Part shown: positions 1 to 12,186 of the stretch, one piece after another
Position numbering within the stretch: position 1 is the stretch's first letter
Layout of the letters: every line of letters starts with the position of its first letter
Assembly (NCBI RefSeq): GCF_040938485.1
Contig: NW_027271434.1
Span: forward strand, 1,178,001-1,242,000
DNA from: Diadema antillarum
Taxonomy: Eukaryota
Reading direction: 5' to 3'
DNA: 64,000 nucleotides
Made by a program: the position numbers and the translations under genes
The notes under the pieces: model-generated
The model's input: the letters and a program-made list of their open reading frames with translations, nothing else
The model's database searches: none
Told to the model about the DNA's origin: nothing

Positions 1-449
1 TGTATACTACATTCTTGCTGTTGCAGTCCCCTGACGTCGGATGGAGGGTGTGGCCGGAGCCAAGTGTGATATCTGTATCTGTGATTAGGTGAGCGCATAT
101 TTGACATCGTTTGTTTCCACATTTATGATTTCCAGTAGGATTGATTGTTCTGTTGACTCGAGATCGTGTAAGCAAACTCTTCAGGTTGCGTGGCTGTCGT
201 TGTGCATGTAAGGGACGTGCTGTTAACTCGGGAGCTACCGATTGGACTTGTTTGAGAGTAGGCCATTCTTTCCTCACTTCCTTCATGAACTGTTGTGATG
301 TGGGATGATATGTTGTTACAAAGACTTTGCGTGTGTGTGAGTCTTTGGGTTTCAGATTATCATGATGTAGTAAGGATGAGCGTCTTTTTGCTATCGCGCG
401 GTCCCTACCTGCTTGCACAATGTCTAACGGGTACCCCGCTGCAACGAAT
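1..449 (-). pseudogene. Inverted second copy of Penelope ORF fragment (RT thumb/linker into the GIY-YIG region), open to the window edge
   Basis: Minus-strand translation from ~448 gives FVAAGYPLDIVQAGRDRAIAKRRSSLLHHDNLKPKDSHTRKVFVTTYHPTSQQFMKEVRKEWPTL..., with the GYP and TYHP motifs typical of the PLE RT C-terminus. It is missing from the ORF track because it has no stop in the window. Confidence 0.85.
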
Positions 450-1027
450 GGAAAGAATGGCCTACTCTCAAACAAGTCCAATCGGTAGCTCCCGAGTTAA
501 CAGCACGTCCCTTACATGCACAACGACAGCCACGCAACCTGAAGAGTTTGCTTACACGATCTCGAGTCAACAGAACAATCAATCCTACTGGAAATCATAA
601 ATGTGGAAACAAACGATGTCAAATATGCGCTCACCTAATCACAGATACAGATATCACACTTGGCTCCGGCCACACCCTCCATCCGACGTCAGGGGACTGC
701 AACAGCAAGAATGTAGTATACAGCCTTACATGCAAGCAATGTCCCCTGGCTGTCTACATCGGAGAAACAACAAATTTTAGACAACGTTTCAACAATCACA
801 AAAGCACAATCATTAGAAGTCAAACACAACATCCAGTCGCACAACACTTCAACAAACCAAATCACACACTAACAGATCTGCAATGTTGCATTTTATACAA
901 GGACATGGAAGCATTTGAAGAAAGACACGTGAAAGAACTAAAAACAATCATCCGCACACGAAGCTTCCAGGGACAGGGCATGAACATAGATCTATCATGG
1001 CCCACGAACTACACTTTTTACAAGTAG
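450..1027 (+). pseudogene. C-terminal fragment of Penelope ORF: linker plus GIY-YIG endonuclease
   Basis: Frame is open from KEWPTLKQVQSVAPELTARPLHAQRQPRNLKSLLTRSR through CGNKRCQIC, NVVYSLTCKQCPLAVYIGETTNFRQRFNNH, VAQHF and GMN to TAG at 1027. It has no native start; the track's TTG start at 548 is internal. Confidence 0.9.
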
Positions 1028-1726
1028 GTGCGCCGCTTATTGTTGTATGTTCTCCCGTTTACCCCGCTGCAATAGATCTTATCATTATATTGCTTGAGTG
1101 ATATAATGCTGACGCTCCTTTTAACCATTTCTTGGAACCAGTCTTTTTTCCACTCCGAGACGTATTGTGACGTATCTATTTAATCAAAAGAAGAAAAATA
1201 TGATTTTTCACGTATTTCATATTCATGCTATAGTCTCAGATTATTTAAAGACTATCTACTCACCAGAATTTGGAAGTTAATGTATGTGTATGCTGAAGTT
1301 TGAAAGGAATGGTAAACTGCTTGCACATATTTTGCATAACCATCAGTGTGACGATTCAGTTTGATTTTTAAAAATATCGAATGTTTATATTGATCATGAT
1401 AATTTCAGATTATGTAAAGATTATCTATACACTAGAATTAAAGTTAATTTATGTGTATGTTGAATTTTGAAAGAAATAATGCACTGCTTTTACATTACCA
1501 CCGCAGCTGCGTATTCAGAGGAATTACTTCTGTATCAGTCGTGCCAAGTTTTTTCATGTATGCTTTATACTCATTGTAATTTCATTATGACGTAACATTG
1601 TACTGTTGCCAGGATGCGCGCTGGGTGTTAGGATGCCTAGCATGGATGCGTTAAAGCGCGCATCCTTAGTAACACGGTTGCAATATATTGTTATGGCTTA
1701 ATTTTGTTATTGTTCTCTCAGTATCA

Positions 1727-1766
1727 ACACTTGAGAAAGGGCGGCGAGACGCCCGAAAATTTGTGT
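1727..1766 (+). ncRNA. Variant minimal type I hammerhead ribozyme-like motif
   Basis: ACAC (stem I) - TTGAGAA+A (core; U3:A8 in place of C3:G8) - GGGCG/GCGAGA/CGCCC (stem II) - GAAA - ATT T (palindromic AATT in place of stem III) - GTGT (stem I). It lies in the PLE 3' tail just before AATAAA (1772-1777). Activity untested. Confidence 0.65.
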
Positions 1767-1856
1767 GAAGAAATAAACCGTTGGTGAATACAGCATGAAC
1801 TTTGTTGCAGCTTTGTTACTTATCTTTTTATCTTGCCAACACGTGGACTACCTTAT

Positions 1857-1910
<54 letters not shown>

Positions 1911-2775
1911 TGTATAAACACACAAGGAGATAGATATTACAGAGGAAATAAACACATACCTATACATGTGTGGCTAGGTGTCATTTCATGTTTCGACACA
2001 TAAAAAAAAAAATCACCACCAATCAATTTTAACATTATACAGGGTAGCAAGTTTTATTCTTTTAAACCCGCAGACAAAGTAATGTCCAAACTGTAGTATA
2101 CTAGTATAGATGACTTATCTTGGTGTTGCTCTTTGGATCATGTGCGACGACTATAATTGTGGACTTTGCTTCACACGCTGGTCTTTCATCGCCCCAACCC
2201 CCCCCCCCCCCTTAAAGATAATATCAGCATTTTACACCTTATGATGAGCGGAATCAAGTGGAAAGGCAGACCGATAACCACTGGTTCATACAGAGAACGC
2301 CCGCTTCGAGCAAGGATCATCACTGATGGTATCTATACAGACCCAAGTAAACATTTCTTTTTCCTTATCAATCTGATGGCATAAAGATTCAGCCCCATAT
2401 TTTGACAGCACGAGATGATGACCGACTCAAACGACCGTAAAGGAACGACAGAGGGAATTGCCATTCTTATTTGAGTTTTGATTGTATAAGGGTGTGTAAA
2501 TCATCTTTGTGAAAATTGACTCTCATGTTTAACTTTATCTCTCGGTCTGCTGTGCATGGATATTCTGGGCTGACTAGAATAAACCAACTACATTATCTTT
2601 TCGTATTTTTGCATATTTTCCAATATTATTGCTTCCCATGTTCACCAAATACACTGCAAAAGGAAATTATTATACCCTAATTACGGCCACATCCCTTTAC
2701 CTGATTTATCTAAGATATTAAGGCTTTGAACCTTTAAAATATATTGTAAGCTGTAAAATTATTGTTCAACATGTG

Positions 2776-3012
2776 CGATCATTTAGTATCTACAAACGGA
2801 AATATGGCGTCATTTCAGATGTGCAATGTATATCGACAGTTCTTGATCCACGCGGATAACATTATGCAGGGAATAACGGCTGGTTCTGTTTATTCGATCA
2901 TTTAGTATCTAGAAACGGAAATATAGCGTTATTTCAGATGTGCAATGTATATCGACAGTTCTTGATCCACGCGGATAACATTATGCAGGGAATAACGGCT
3001 GGTTCTGTTATT
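2776..3012. repeat. Two-copy tandem duplication, 119-bp unit
   Basis: CGATCATTTAGTATCTA...GGCTGGTTCTGTT starts at 2776 and again at 2895, with only a few substitutions. Confidence 0.9.
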
Positions 3013-5644
3013 TGAATTGATAGTGCAAGGTCTACTCATAGAAAAACGATGTGTCATGACTGGTTATAAAGTATGTATCGTGAATCTAATAACTATAAAT
3101 TGTGCCTTAAACAAATCTAATGTGCCACAAGTCACGAGCCTTATAAAAATTGATTGCATTAAAAATAGCAAATTGATCTTTAGTTGAAAACAGCATCATC
3201 GAATAACTAACACAGCCTTCCTAGAGTGTTACACAGATGCTCTCTTATCGTTGAGTTAATTTCGTTGTAGGGCCTACGTAGCTGACGTAATTAAACGCCA
3301 CCATATAGCAGTATAATGTACAAGCATGCAATACCTCTACGTTGCTCCAATGGACGCTAGGGCTGTTTGTAGTAAATGGGTTTAGGAGGGCTATTTTGTG
3401 CATTGAAAATACGACTTTATTATATAGTAAAGAAAAGTGTTGTCTCCATGAACTCCTGTTAACTGCCGGTATTTCTAGGGTTGGTGGTGATGGGGTGGGT
3501 CGATTGATAAACCTTCACGCTTGTAAAGTGCAGGAGACGCAGCATATCAGATTGGAGGTTCATTGAATGTGCTTTGCTACGGGGGCAATTTAGTTATATC
3601 ATCCAACCACGGCACTTTTGGGGTGTGTGCAGGATGTAAAAGGGTCATACAACATACAATGTACTATGAACAGCAACGGCCTTGAATAATTGAAAGTCAA
3701 GCAAAAGAAAACCTGGATTCAAGTTTGCATGCATGCATTAGTTGTTGTTAATTGGTCGGTTCTGTAATATATCCAAATTGTATTCATACTTTATTCACAA
3801 AAGTTGTTCTTAACCAGTGGCACAAAGCTTGCTGGAGGCTTGCCCTACCTAGCAACAACTGAGCAGATTCCCGCCTAAGGTACTAAATGGAAGGGAGCAG
3901 GTGAATGATAAGCTTAATTACTAGGCTGTAGGAAAGGAAATGTCCATAAATTGAATTGAATTACAGAAATGGAATATTTAGACCAACCCCGGGCAAACTG
4001 TCTCGTTCTCATGAATAAACTTTATTACAAAACGTGTGCGTTGGAATTGAATACGCCAGTGTTACGGTCCATTGTCTCGTGTCTCACACCTCAACCTTCT
4101 GGCGGAGAGAGCTATTGTCAACTATTGACATTGTCAACAGAGACAAAACCTGAACTTACAATATGTGTGACTTGTTGATTGCATTCCTGATGACACTGTG
4201 TGTTGCTACTCCACATTGCTTCCCAGACATGCCACAGGTGTGTTTACATTATTGCGTATGCAAGTGTGTATTATGAATGGACAAAATCGATCAATTTGAA
4301 AGAAAGTAAACACACAAAAGAAGTGAGAGCATCGAATGGGCCTTGATAGTTCCCAGCACAGTATGTGTACAGCCACATTAGAGAAGACAGGAAAACGCAC
4401 CCTTTTAAAACCTTACCCTTGTAAACGTTCGTCATCGATGGTGAATGGGCCCACTTGTAAACTATGCCATTTGACAATACTTTNNNNNNNNNNNNNNNNN
4501 NNNNNNNNNNNNNNNNNNNNNNNNNNNNNNNNNNNNNNNNNNNNNNNNNNNNNNNNNNNNNNNNNNNNNNNNNNNNNNNNNNNNNNNNNNNNNNNNNNNN
4601 NNNNNNNNNNNNNNNNTATTTTTATCACAAGGTTATCTCTTAGAATCAGGACAGGTTACTACACCATTAAACTGTTCAAAATCGAAAGGATATCCACGAT
4701 CCTTCAAGATCAACCACTGCAAAAGATGATATTATATTAGTACTGTACATAATTATACTCCGTTACAGTGCTCGGTAAGACACCTTCTCCCCCCCCCCCC
4801 CCCCCCCCCCCACTAATTTTGCCGTACCGCTTCACATTACCTTACTTGTTAGCACAAATACACGCACTCACACACATTTTAGCAAGTGGTGGGGTGTGAA
4901 GGGGGCGGGGTGGGGGGGAGGACATAGGAAGTCTTGCGCAGTACTCCTCCGTTACTAGACTGTACACACCCGAATACACCGGTTAAGTAATGTTTTCAAA
5001 TGTACGGGTAGTTTTCCTCCAATGAACCGGTCACAGGCTATTGAAACCACCTGTACATACCCAATGAATTTCAACACTTTGACTGCACTTTGTTTACATT
5101 TAATTTAGTCGTATAAAGCCTCGGGAAACAACTTTCTAGTTGCCATCGTACAGTGTTTTCTTACGAGGGAATGCATTAAATATGAATATACAGTTGTACT
5201 ATGTAGTACTCTGGTCTGTTCTATAAGTCAAGTTGAACAGTTGCTGCTACATCAGGCAAGCCTCTGTCTGGTTGTCAAGCATGATATCTGCTCAGCGTAA
5301 TACACTTTTTTTTTGGGGGGGGGGGGCATCGCAGTGAAACCGGGCTTTTTATACAACATGTAGGAGGACTTCCAAAATATGAAAAGATGATTCAATGCGT
5401 TTTGCAACAAGCAAAGTACATTGCTATGACAGTGCACGAGTCAAATAGAGTTCCAGGCCTTTGCTTGAAACAACATGAACAGAGATATTCGGAATTAGAA
5501 AAACAACACAAAATCGAACAGGTCTAGATAGGTCTATATCTAGGAGATTCGTCTTATCGAAAATCAACAAGTATAATGGACTTCGAGTAAAGTAAAGAGA
5601 TACAAGCAATACGGACACAAACATTTTACATAGCTAGATACTAC

Positions 5645-5915
5645 CTGTATTATCGTCTGCGTCGTCGGGTTCGCATGATTCTCGTTTGACCTGATCTTTG
5701 ATTAGCTGATCGAGGTCGTGGTCATTCCTGGTCATCGAGTCAACGGTGAGGGGCTTCCCAGCCCTCGCTGAACCGTTAACCATAGCCCGATCGCCGACAT
5801 CACGTCTCCTGGCATCGCCCGTTCGATTCAGGCATGTAGCGACAACGAAACCGACGACGAGAGCAAGAATATGGGACCAGAATTCGGTCAGGAAAGGAGC
5901 ATGGGTCTCCAACAT
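5645..5915 (-). CDS. Candidate first coding exon of an unrecognised protein with an N-terminal hydrophobic (TM/signal-anchor) segment
   Basis: GC-rich island. ATCGCC-ATG context at 5915; MLETHAPFLTEFWSHILALVVGFVVATCLNR...DDADDNT; AG|GTAGTA donor at 5645/5644 (phase 1). No family recognised. Confidence 0.45.
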
Positions 5916-6504
5916 GGCGATCGCGTAGGCAGTCGAAAACTCTTCAAATGGGTACGAGGCGCCGCAAGAGGGAACGTATATTACGCGAGTCAGTATATAA
6001 GTGCCCGTTCTTCTGCGGCGGTAACGCTTCAAAAGGTACGAAGTGAATAAAAGGCCTTCGCGAAATATTTGCACACGTTCTCAAGCCGAGCACTGCTCAG
6101 CTGTTTTGAGTCAAGTTAAATGTAATCACTTTAACGTTTCTCTCCCCCCCCCCTTTAAATGACATGATGAAAACTTCATTATGAAATACACAATCGACGG
6201 AAGAAAATTGCCTTAGACTTACTGAAACACCAAGGGAAACAATCACTCGACCTTGGGACTTATAAAAGAAACACATAGAGCTTGTGTTTCACAGGTTTCT
6301 CAATGAAAATTGCCACGCATATAATATATATTGTTTTGTTTTTCTTTGTCTACATCAATGTAATTCTTGCACATTGAAATGGAAAAGTAAAAGTCATGAA
6401 GAGACTAGACACGAGGACAAGATATAAACACACTTGGGAAGAAATCAATTTTCTTAAAACGGGAGATTTTTGTGGATACACATTTTAAACCAAATCTTCT
6501 GCGT

Positions 6505-6600
6505 GAGTATGTATATGTATGTGTGTATGTATATGATTTATTATGTATGTATGTATGTATGTATGTATGTACGTATGTATGTGATATATGTATGTATGTG
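6505..6600. repeat. (GTAT)n microsatellite
   Basis: Direct reading of the sequence. Confidence 0.9.
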
Positions 6601-9600
6601 TCTGTTTGTCTGTGAAAATGAAATATCACCCTAAAATGTCTTTAGTTGATTTTCTTAACAGATCTGGAGCTCCCGCACAGGAATGAATGACGACTGTGTA
6701 TAGACTGTCCCTCAGAAAGACGCATATTGCAACTCTGATGTTTATCAAATTAGATAATGGGATTTTTCGCTATCTATATTTCAGGTAGTCCAGCCGGTTT
6801 TCCAGCTCAAATTCGCATAGGGAGGAGAATGAGATCCAGTTTGATCACCCAACATTGTAGTTCGATAACGGTGTAAACAGCCGAGTGTCCAGTTTTGATC
6901 CTTAATAATTAAAAAATATAGGGTACCTATAATGTAGTATATCAGATAACATTGAAATTGATATGAACAATAGCTGAATAGCGTACAATTTTGTTGGAGG
7001 TAATTTGAAAATAGAGGCATAAATCAGTCTCGTTAAATTCAAAATTCATTATTTTTTAAGATAGAGGTTCAGATTTTGTTCTATTTTCAACCCTCTGTAC
7101 AAAACAGCTTTGCACAGGGTGCAATATGTGTGTATGGGAGTTTGTGGTTAACACTCAGACAATGGCCAGGTTTGAAAGCTTTATCATTTATTCATGAGAA
7201 ATTCCACTATCACAGTCTTTAGTCTTTATTCATCCTGAAATGTAGTGTATGCAACCACGTGGAAAAATACGCTTACTTTTTTGTGTGCATGCATTTTACC
7301 TTCCACCATGAATTCAGACCAGCAGTGCCCAGGGCAACCCATCATGAATCATTAATAAAGCATTCATGCGCCTTGGAGCAAGAGACCAGAAGCCTAGTCA
7401 GGAGAGCTCCGAAAAGGTGGTATTCATGTCCATTGTTCAGGGTCATTGTAAGCACTCATTCACATACTGTAATACATTGGTTCCTCTGTAAATTTCCAGT
7501 CAAAATCTGGAATTTAACTTTGAAATTAATCATGGATTTAATGAAACTGATTTATGTTTTCATATTCTTAATCATCTCTAACTAAAGTAGGCACTATTCA
7601 GCTGTTACTCATATCAATGACAGCATCATCTGATATAGTTTTCGAACTATCAAGGATCAGAAGTGAGAAATGCATTTCGGACACCAAGTATCATTGAAGT
7701 ACATGTACATACATATACTCATAATATTCTGATCTCGACACTGCTGAGTGAGGGCGCCCCTCCGTATCCGGGTTGCCCGCATAAGCCAGTTCGTGTTTTT
7801 GTTTGTTTGTTTATTTGCTTGCTTTTTTGTTTTGTTTTTATTTTTGGTTTTTGCGCATTAGCAGAAAAAGGAGATAAATATTTTTGATGTGATGATTTTC
7901 TAGTAATTATTATAATAATTAGTGGTGCCTGCCAGTACATCCACCTGACAGCAAAAGTGGTACTTGGCAATATCAATAGAAATTCAATGCACAATGATAG
8001 AAATGAATGTTTTCCTCAAGTGTTAATTGACGGTTCATTGTGGTCACCTGGTTTACGCAAATCCATCCTTAGTTTAGATATAGTTGGTTTGATTGGATTA
8101 TTAATTGATACTTCAGGTCAGCCTATGCCTTATGTTGCTTTGTGAACGAGTGAAGGGCGGGACCATCTACAGAGAAAGATATGTCAGTGTACCTGTGTGC
8201 GCATGAGCTAACTCCGAACTGGTTATTATGACGTAACACACCTGCCAAACGGACAGAAACACTTAGAGAATGTGTGAAAAGACAGCAAATGTCGATCACA
8301 AGAGGGTAAACGCAATGCTAGAACACTGAAAAATAATACAACCGTAAAGAAACGAAATACGTTTTGAAAAAGAAAATGGTAGTCACAATGCTAAAAATTT
8401 CCGCGAAGTTATTATCATTATTATCATTATTAGAAGTAATAGTAATAGTAGAAGTAGTAGTAGTAGTAGTAGTACTTTGATCACATTTTATTGTTGTTGG
8501 GTGTTTTTTTTTTGCGTGTGAACCTTTCAAAACTTTCACCCGAGACAACCATCAGATGAATGTAGGCGCTATCTATGTACTCTCTAATAAGTTCAATTTT
8601 GTTTTAAATGTGAAAAGTTCACCTGATTACAAATGAAAAGATTTAGTGCTGTGAAACAGAGCAGAGTTTACTAGATTTCTCCTAAGCTGTACATTATTAC
8701 GACGTGCAAGTGATTAACAGAAGGCATTGTATGGACACTTGCAAGTTATTATAATCTTGATCAGTCCCACCGAGGGTACATTGCAATGTATTTTTATTAA
8801 TCATATAGTACTTTAGCAGGGACTGATAGGGTCTAGATGATTTTATTAACAAAATTGATTTGGAAACTTTTTTTTGTGGGCGTATAAAAGTAGTAGTAAA
8901 GCAATAATTCTCAAACAATATAATATGCATGTATTTACATATTGTTTTGGTCACGAAAGTGATAATCAAGGTATTATACGCCAGCAAAAGTCAACATGCA
9001 TTTGCATTGCACAGGTCTTACTAAGGCTTGCTAGCAATGAAATATGCAAATAGATTGGACATACAAAGGTTTGACAATTGCTCCAGAGCCCTTTAAAGAG
9101 CTCTGAATTACTTACAGACATGGCGCCCTCCTCTGGCAAAGTAACGGTCCGCATACAGTTCCGCAGTTCATCGAGATTAATCTGCTTTTCGGGCCCAGAG
9201 TTCCGCAAAATGAGTTTATTACCAGGATTAGGGAAACTCTCTAATTTATTAAAGAGAAAATGCCAACCAACAGAGCAGTTCAAGTTACCTTAAAACTGGC
9301 AAATACTATAGTATTGAAAAAGGAAAAAAAAAAACAATTTTCTAAAGTCTCCATGAAACTGTTTCATTCGTAACACACACGATCTTAGGCCAAGTAACCA
9401 AGTCGTCATCTTACATTTTTTTTTCTCTCTCTCACCACTCCCCCACCCCCTCNNNNNNNNNNNNNNNNNNNNNNNNNNNNNNNNNNNNNNNNNNNNNNNN
9501 NNNNNNNNNNNNNNNNNNNNNNNNNNNNNNNNNNNNNNNNNNNNNNNNNNNNNNNNNNNNNNNNNNNNNNNNNNNNNNNNNNNNNNNCATTCTCTCTCAG

Positions 9601-10594
9601 TTTCTATTTTTCTATCCAAAGCTGACTTTATGTCGATTGCCGAGTCATGTCGGACAGCTATAAAGTGGTTATAAAAGATGTACTCGCTTCTCCATTCATC
9701 GTTTCCCACTTAGAGAGGAATGGAACCCAAATAAAAATGTTACTTGGGTGAATGCAACAATATTAGTGATACACATCAGTGAAAATTTGAGGAAAATCGG
9801 ATAATCCGTTAAAGAAGGTGGCATCAAAACTTTCAAAATTCGTAAATTTTACTAATGCGATTTGTTCTACTAATGTTGATGCATTCACTCATACATAATT
9901 TTTATGTACGTGTTTTAGTTTTATTCCCCTTTAAGCCTCCTAACCATGAATCTTGATATATGGTGCTTTTTGATTACATCTATCATGCTTGTCAATAATA
10001 CACATGTATCAAACTTACAAAACCATGTGTGCACACTGACAGATAATTATTATGAAGCATTTTAATTCACAAAGAATCTGTGCAGCATGCAATAATGCAT
10101 ATGCCAACAAAATAGACAAAATAGACATGATATACCAATATCAATCCCTTATCCGATCTCTTCTTTTCTCTTTTATCAAAGATTATGCACCCTCCCCACC
10201 TCCACAGTATAATGATTATCCTCTCAGCGTAAGAGAGCGCCGGCATCTGTATTTCTTCTACAGCTTACATAGAACACAAGAGGAGTTAGTCAAAGAAATA
10301 TGTATAACATTTGATGAGGAATGTCCTTAATAATGAGACCTTTCACTGCGTTACTAAAAGAAAACATAATGGACTTCAAGACATCCAAACTGTCTTATAT
10401 AAATTTATTTGATTTTCTCAAACTTTCATAGGCCGGTTACATCGATTTTACATTATATCAATAGTACTCTTTCGTCGTTGACAAAAAAAGTCGTCGTTTA
10501 ACATTATTTGCCTGACAGGATGATCGCCACCGAGCTCTATTCTTCTCATTCCGCGTCGTCTAGCCCACTGAAGAAAATAAAAACGAGGAAGAAA

Positions 10595-10597
<3 letters not shown>

Positions 10598-10630
<33 letters not shown>
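10598..10630. repeat. (AG)n microsatellite
   Basis: Direct reading of the sequence. Confidence 0.9.
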
Positions 10631-10633
<3 letters not shown>

Positions 10634-11360
10634 CAAAAGAAGTATTAATTGGGGGAATAATTTTTACTCTCCCTTACTCTTTGCCAAAATCAATGGAAAG
10701 AAAATAGGATTTTAAGCTGTTGTGAGCGGCTCTCAAACTCTGAATTGTTTCTTTTTTTCATAGATGTTTTGGCATCAATACAGTATTAAGAAGATGTTTC
10801 CCCTTTCTCATGGTTGATAGGAAATAATATACTTTAACGGGATAAGAGTCTGACTTAGAGTGTATGACAACAATATCATAATAATTATCCTGTGTCATCA
10901 ACTAGAAATCTCATAATTAATATAAGAGCAAAATGACGCGTAAAACAAACTTTTAATAAAGACGAATAAGGAAGCATCGTAAAAATCAGAGACTCACTGC
11001 AAAACAAAAGGATAGGATAGATTATCCTCCATGCTCGAACATCTACCTTAGAAATAAGCAAGGAAACGTACACGGGGAGCTAATGTATCAATTAACAACG
11101 TTCACGTGTTTTATAAAAAGCTTTCCAAGATATTAACCCTTCCTGTGTCAGAGACATAGGAAAGTACGTACAACGCTTCTCTCTGCCGATCGGCAGATAT
11201 ATTTAAACAAATATGATGTTGTTGCTTGAAAAAGAAAAAGAAAAGAAGAGAGAAAAAATGGACCCTATCCAAAAAGAAAAAATATATATATGCCCCAGAC
11301 AATACTGACATAAAATCAGACCATAATAAATCTTCAACAAATGCAACATTACTATTAGAT

Positions 11361-11643
11361 ATAAGAGATAATGTCTCGACGAGAGAGCTCATAAGAAATG
11401 TCTCCACGAGGAAGCTCATAAGAAATGTCTCCACGAGGAAGCTCATAAGAAATGTCTCCACGAGGAAGCTCATAAGAAATGTCTCCACGAGGGAGCTCAT
11501 AAGAAATGTCTCCACGAGGAAGCTCATAAGAAATGTCTCCACGAGGAAGCTCATAAGAAATGTCTCCACGAGGAAGCTCATAAGAAATGTCTCCACGAGG
11601 AAGCTCATAAGAAAAATCTCCACGAGGGAGCTCATAAGAAATG
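11361..11643. repeat. 27-bp minisatellite, 9 near-identical units plus degenerate flanks
   Basis: Unit ATAAGAAATGTCTCCACGAGGAAGCTC repeats from 11391 to 11633. It explains the two overlapping repetitive ORFs (STRKLIRNV / MSFLVETFL). Confidence 0.95.
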
Positions 11644-12186
11644 AAAAAAAAAAAGAATCTTGTTTTATTTCATTCATAATGAGTGAACAGATTTATCAGC
11701 GGTCCCGTTGTGTCTCCGGATGGAAGCGGACAGTAAAGCAATTGCGCATGTCCCTGGAGACTCATTTTGTTTTCATTGTCGTCAACTAAATCGTCGTGGT
11801 CATTTTATAGTCACTGCTGTTGATAGTGTGGTATCTACGCCGCTTGAAGAGTGTTTGTAAAACTTGGAATTGTTTACCTTTTTATATATTCATAACTATC
11901 GCCGTTGAGATTGAACCATGATATTGATTGTCACCACAACATATCACATATTGTTTAACAAATCAATGAAGTCAATGAAATAATTACAGCGACCCGCGTG
12001 ACGACGTAAAAATAATGTACCTTATACGACCAGCGAGACGACCTGTCAAGCTTATTATACAGTCAACGTTTGATTAAACTGCAAATTAACTCAATGACAA
12101 CGAAGAACCAGCGGAGCTCACACAGAATCTTTGGGAACTTTGGAATCTCGTATAATAGGAAAAGGGTTAAGGAAGGCGAGAAGAAT

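Larger units (their letters stand above)
1..1905. mobile_element. Penelope-like (Neptune-type) retroelement, 5'-truncated with inverted partial duplication; runs off the left edge
   Basis: Bases 1-273 are the reverse complement of 450-722. The + copy encodes a GIY-YIG endonuclease preceded by a CxxxxCxxC linker (CGNKRCQIC), a Neptune-clade trait. The 3' tail has a hammerhead-like motif and AATAAA and ends at a (TA)n tract (~1860-1905). Confidence 0.85.

Noticed and set aside
295-600. 101-aa ORF on +
   Set aside because: Off-frame and antisense read-through of the Penelope ORF; the meaningful frames are minus 449-1 and plus 450-1027.
432-1072. 13-bp match TACCCCGCTGCAA at 432-444 and 1060-1072
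   Set aside because: Might relate to the inversion junction, but it does not flank the element as a TSD and I cannot distinguish it from chance.
11111-11789. 188-aa and 187-aa overlapping ORFs
   Set aside because: Both arise from the 27-bp minisatellite; no domain or splice support.
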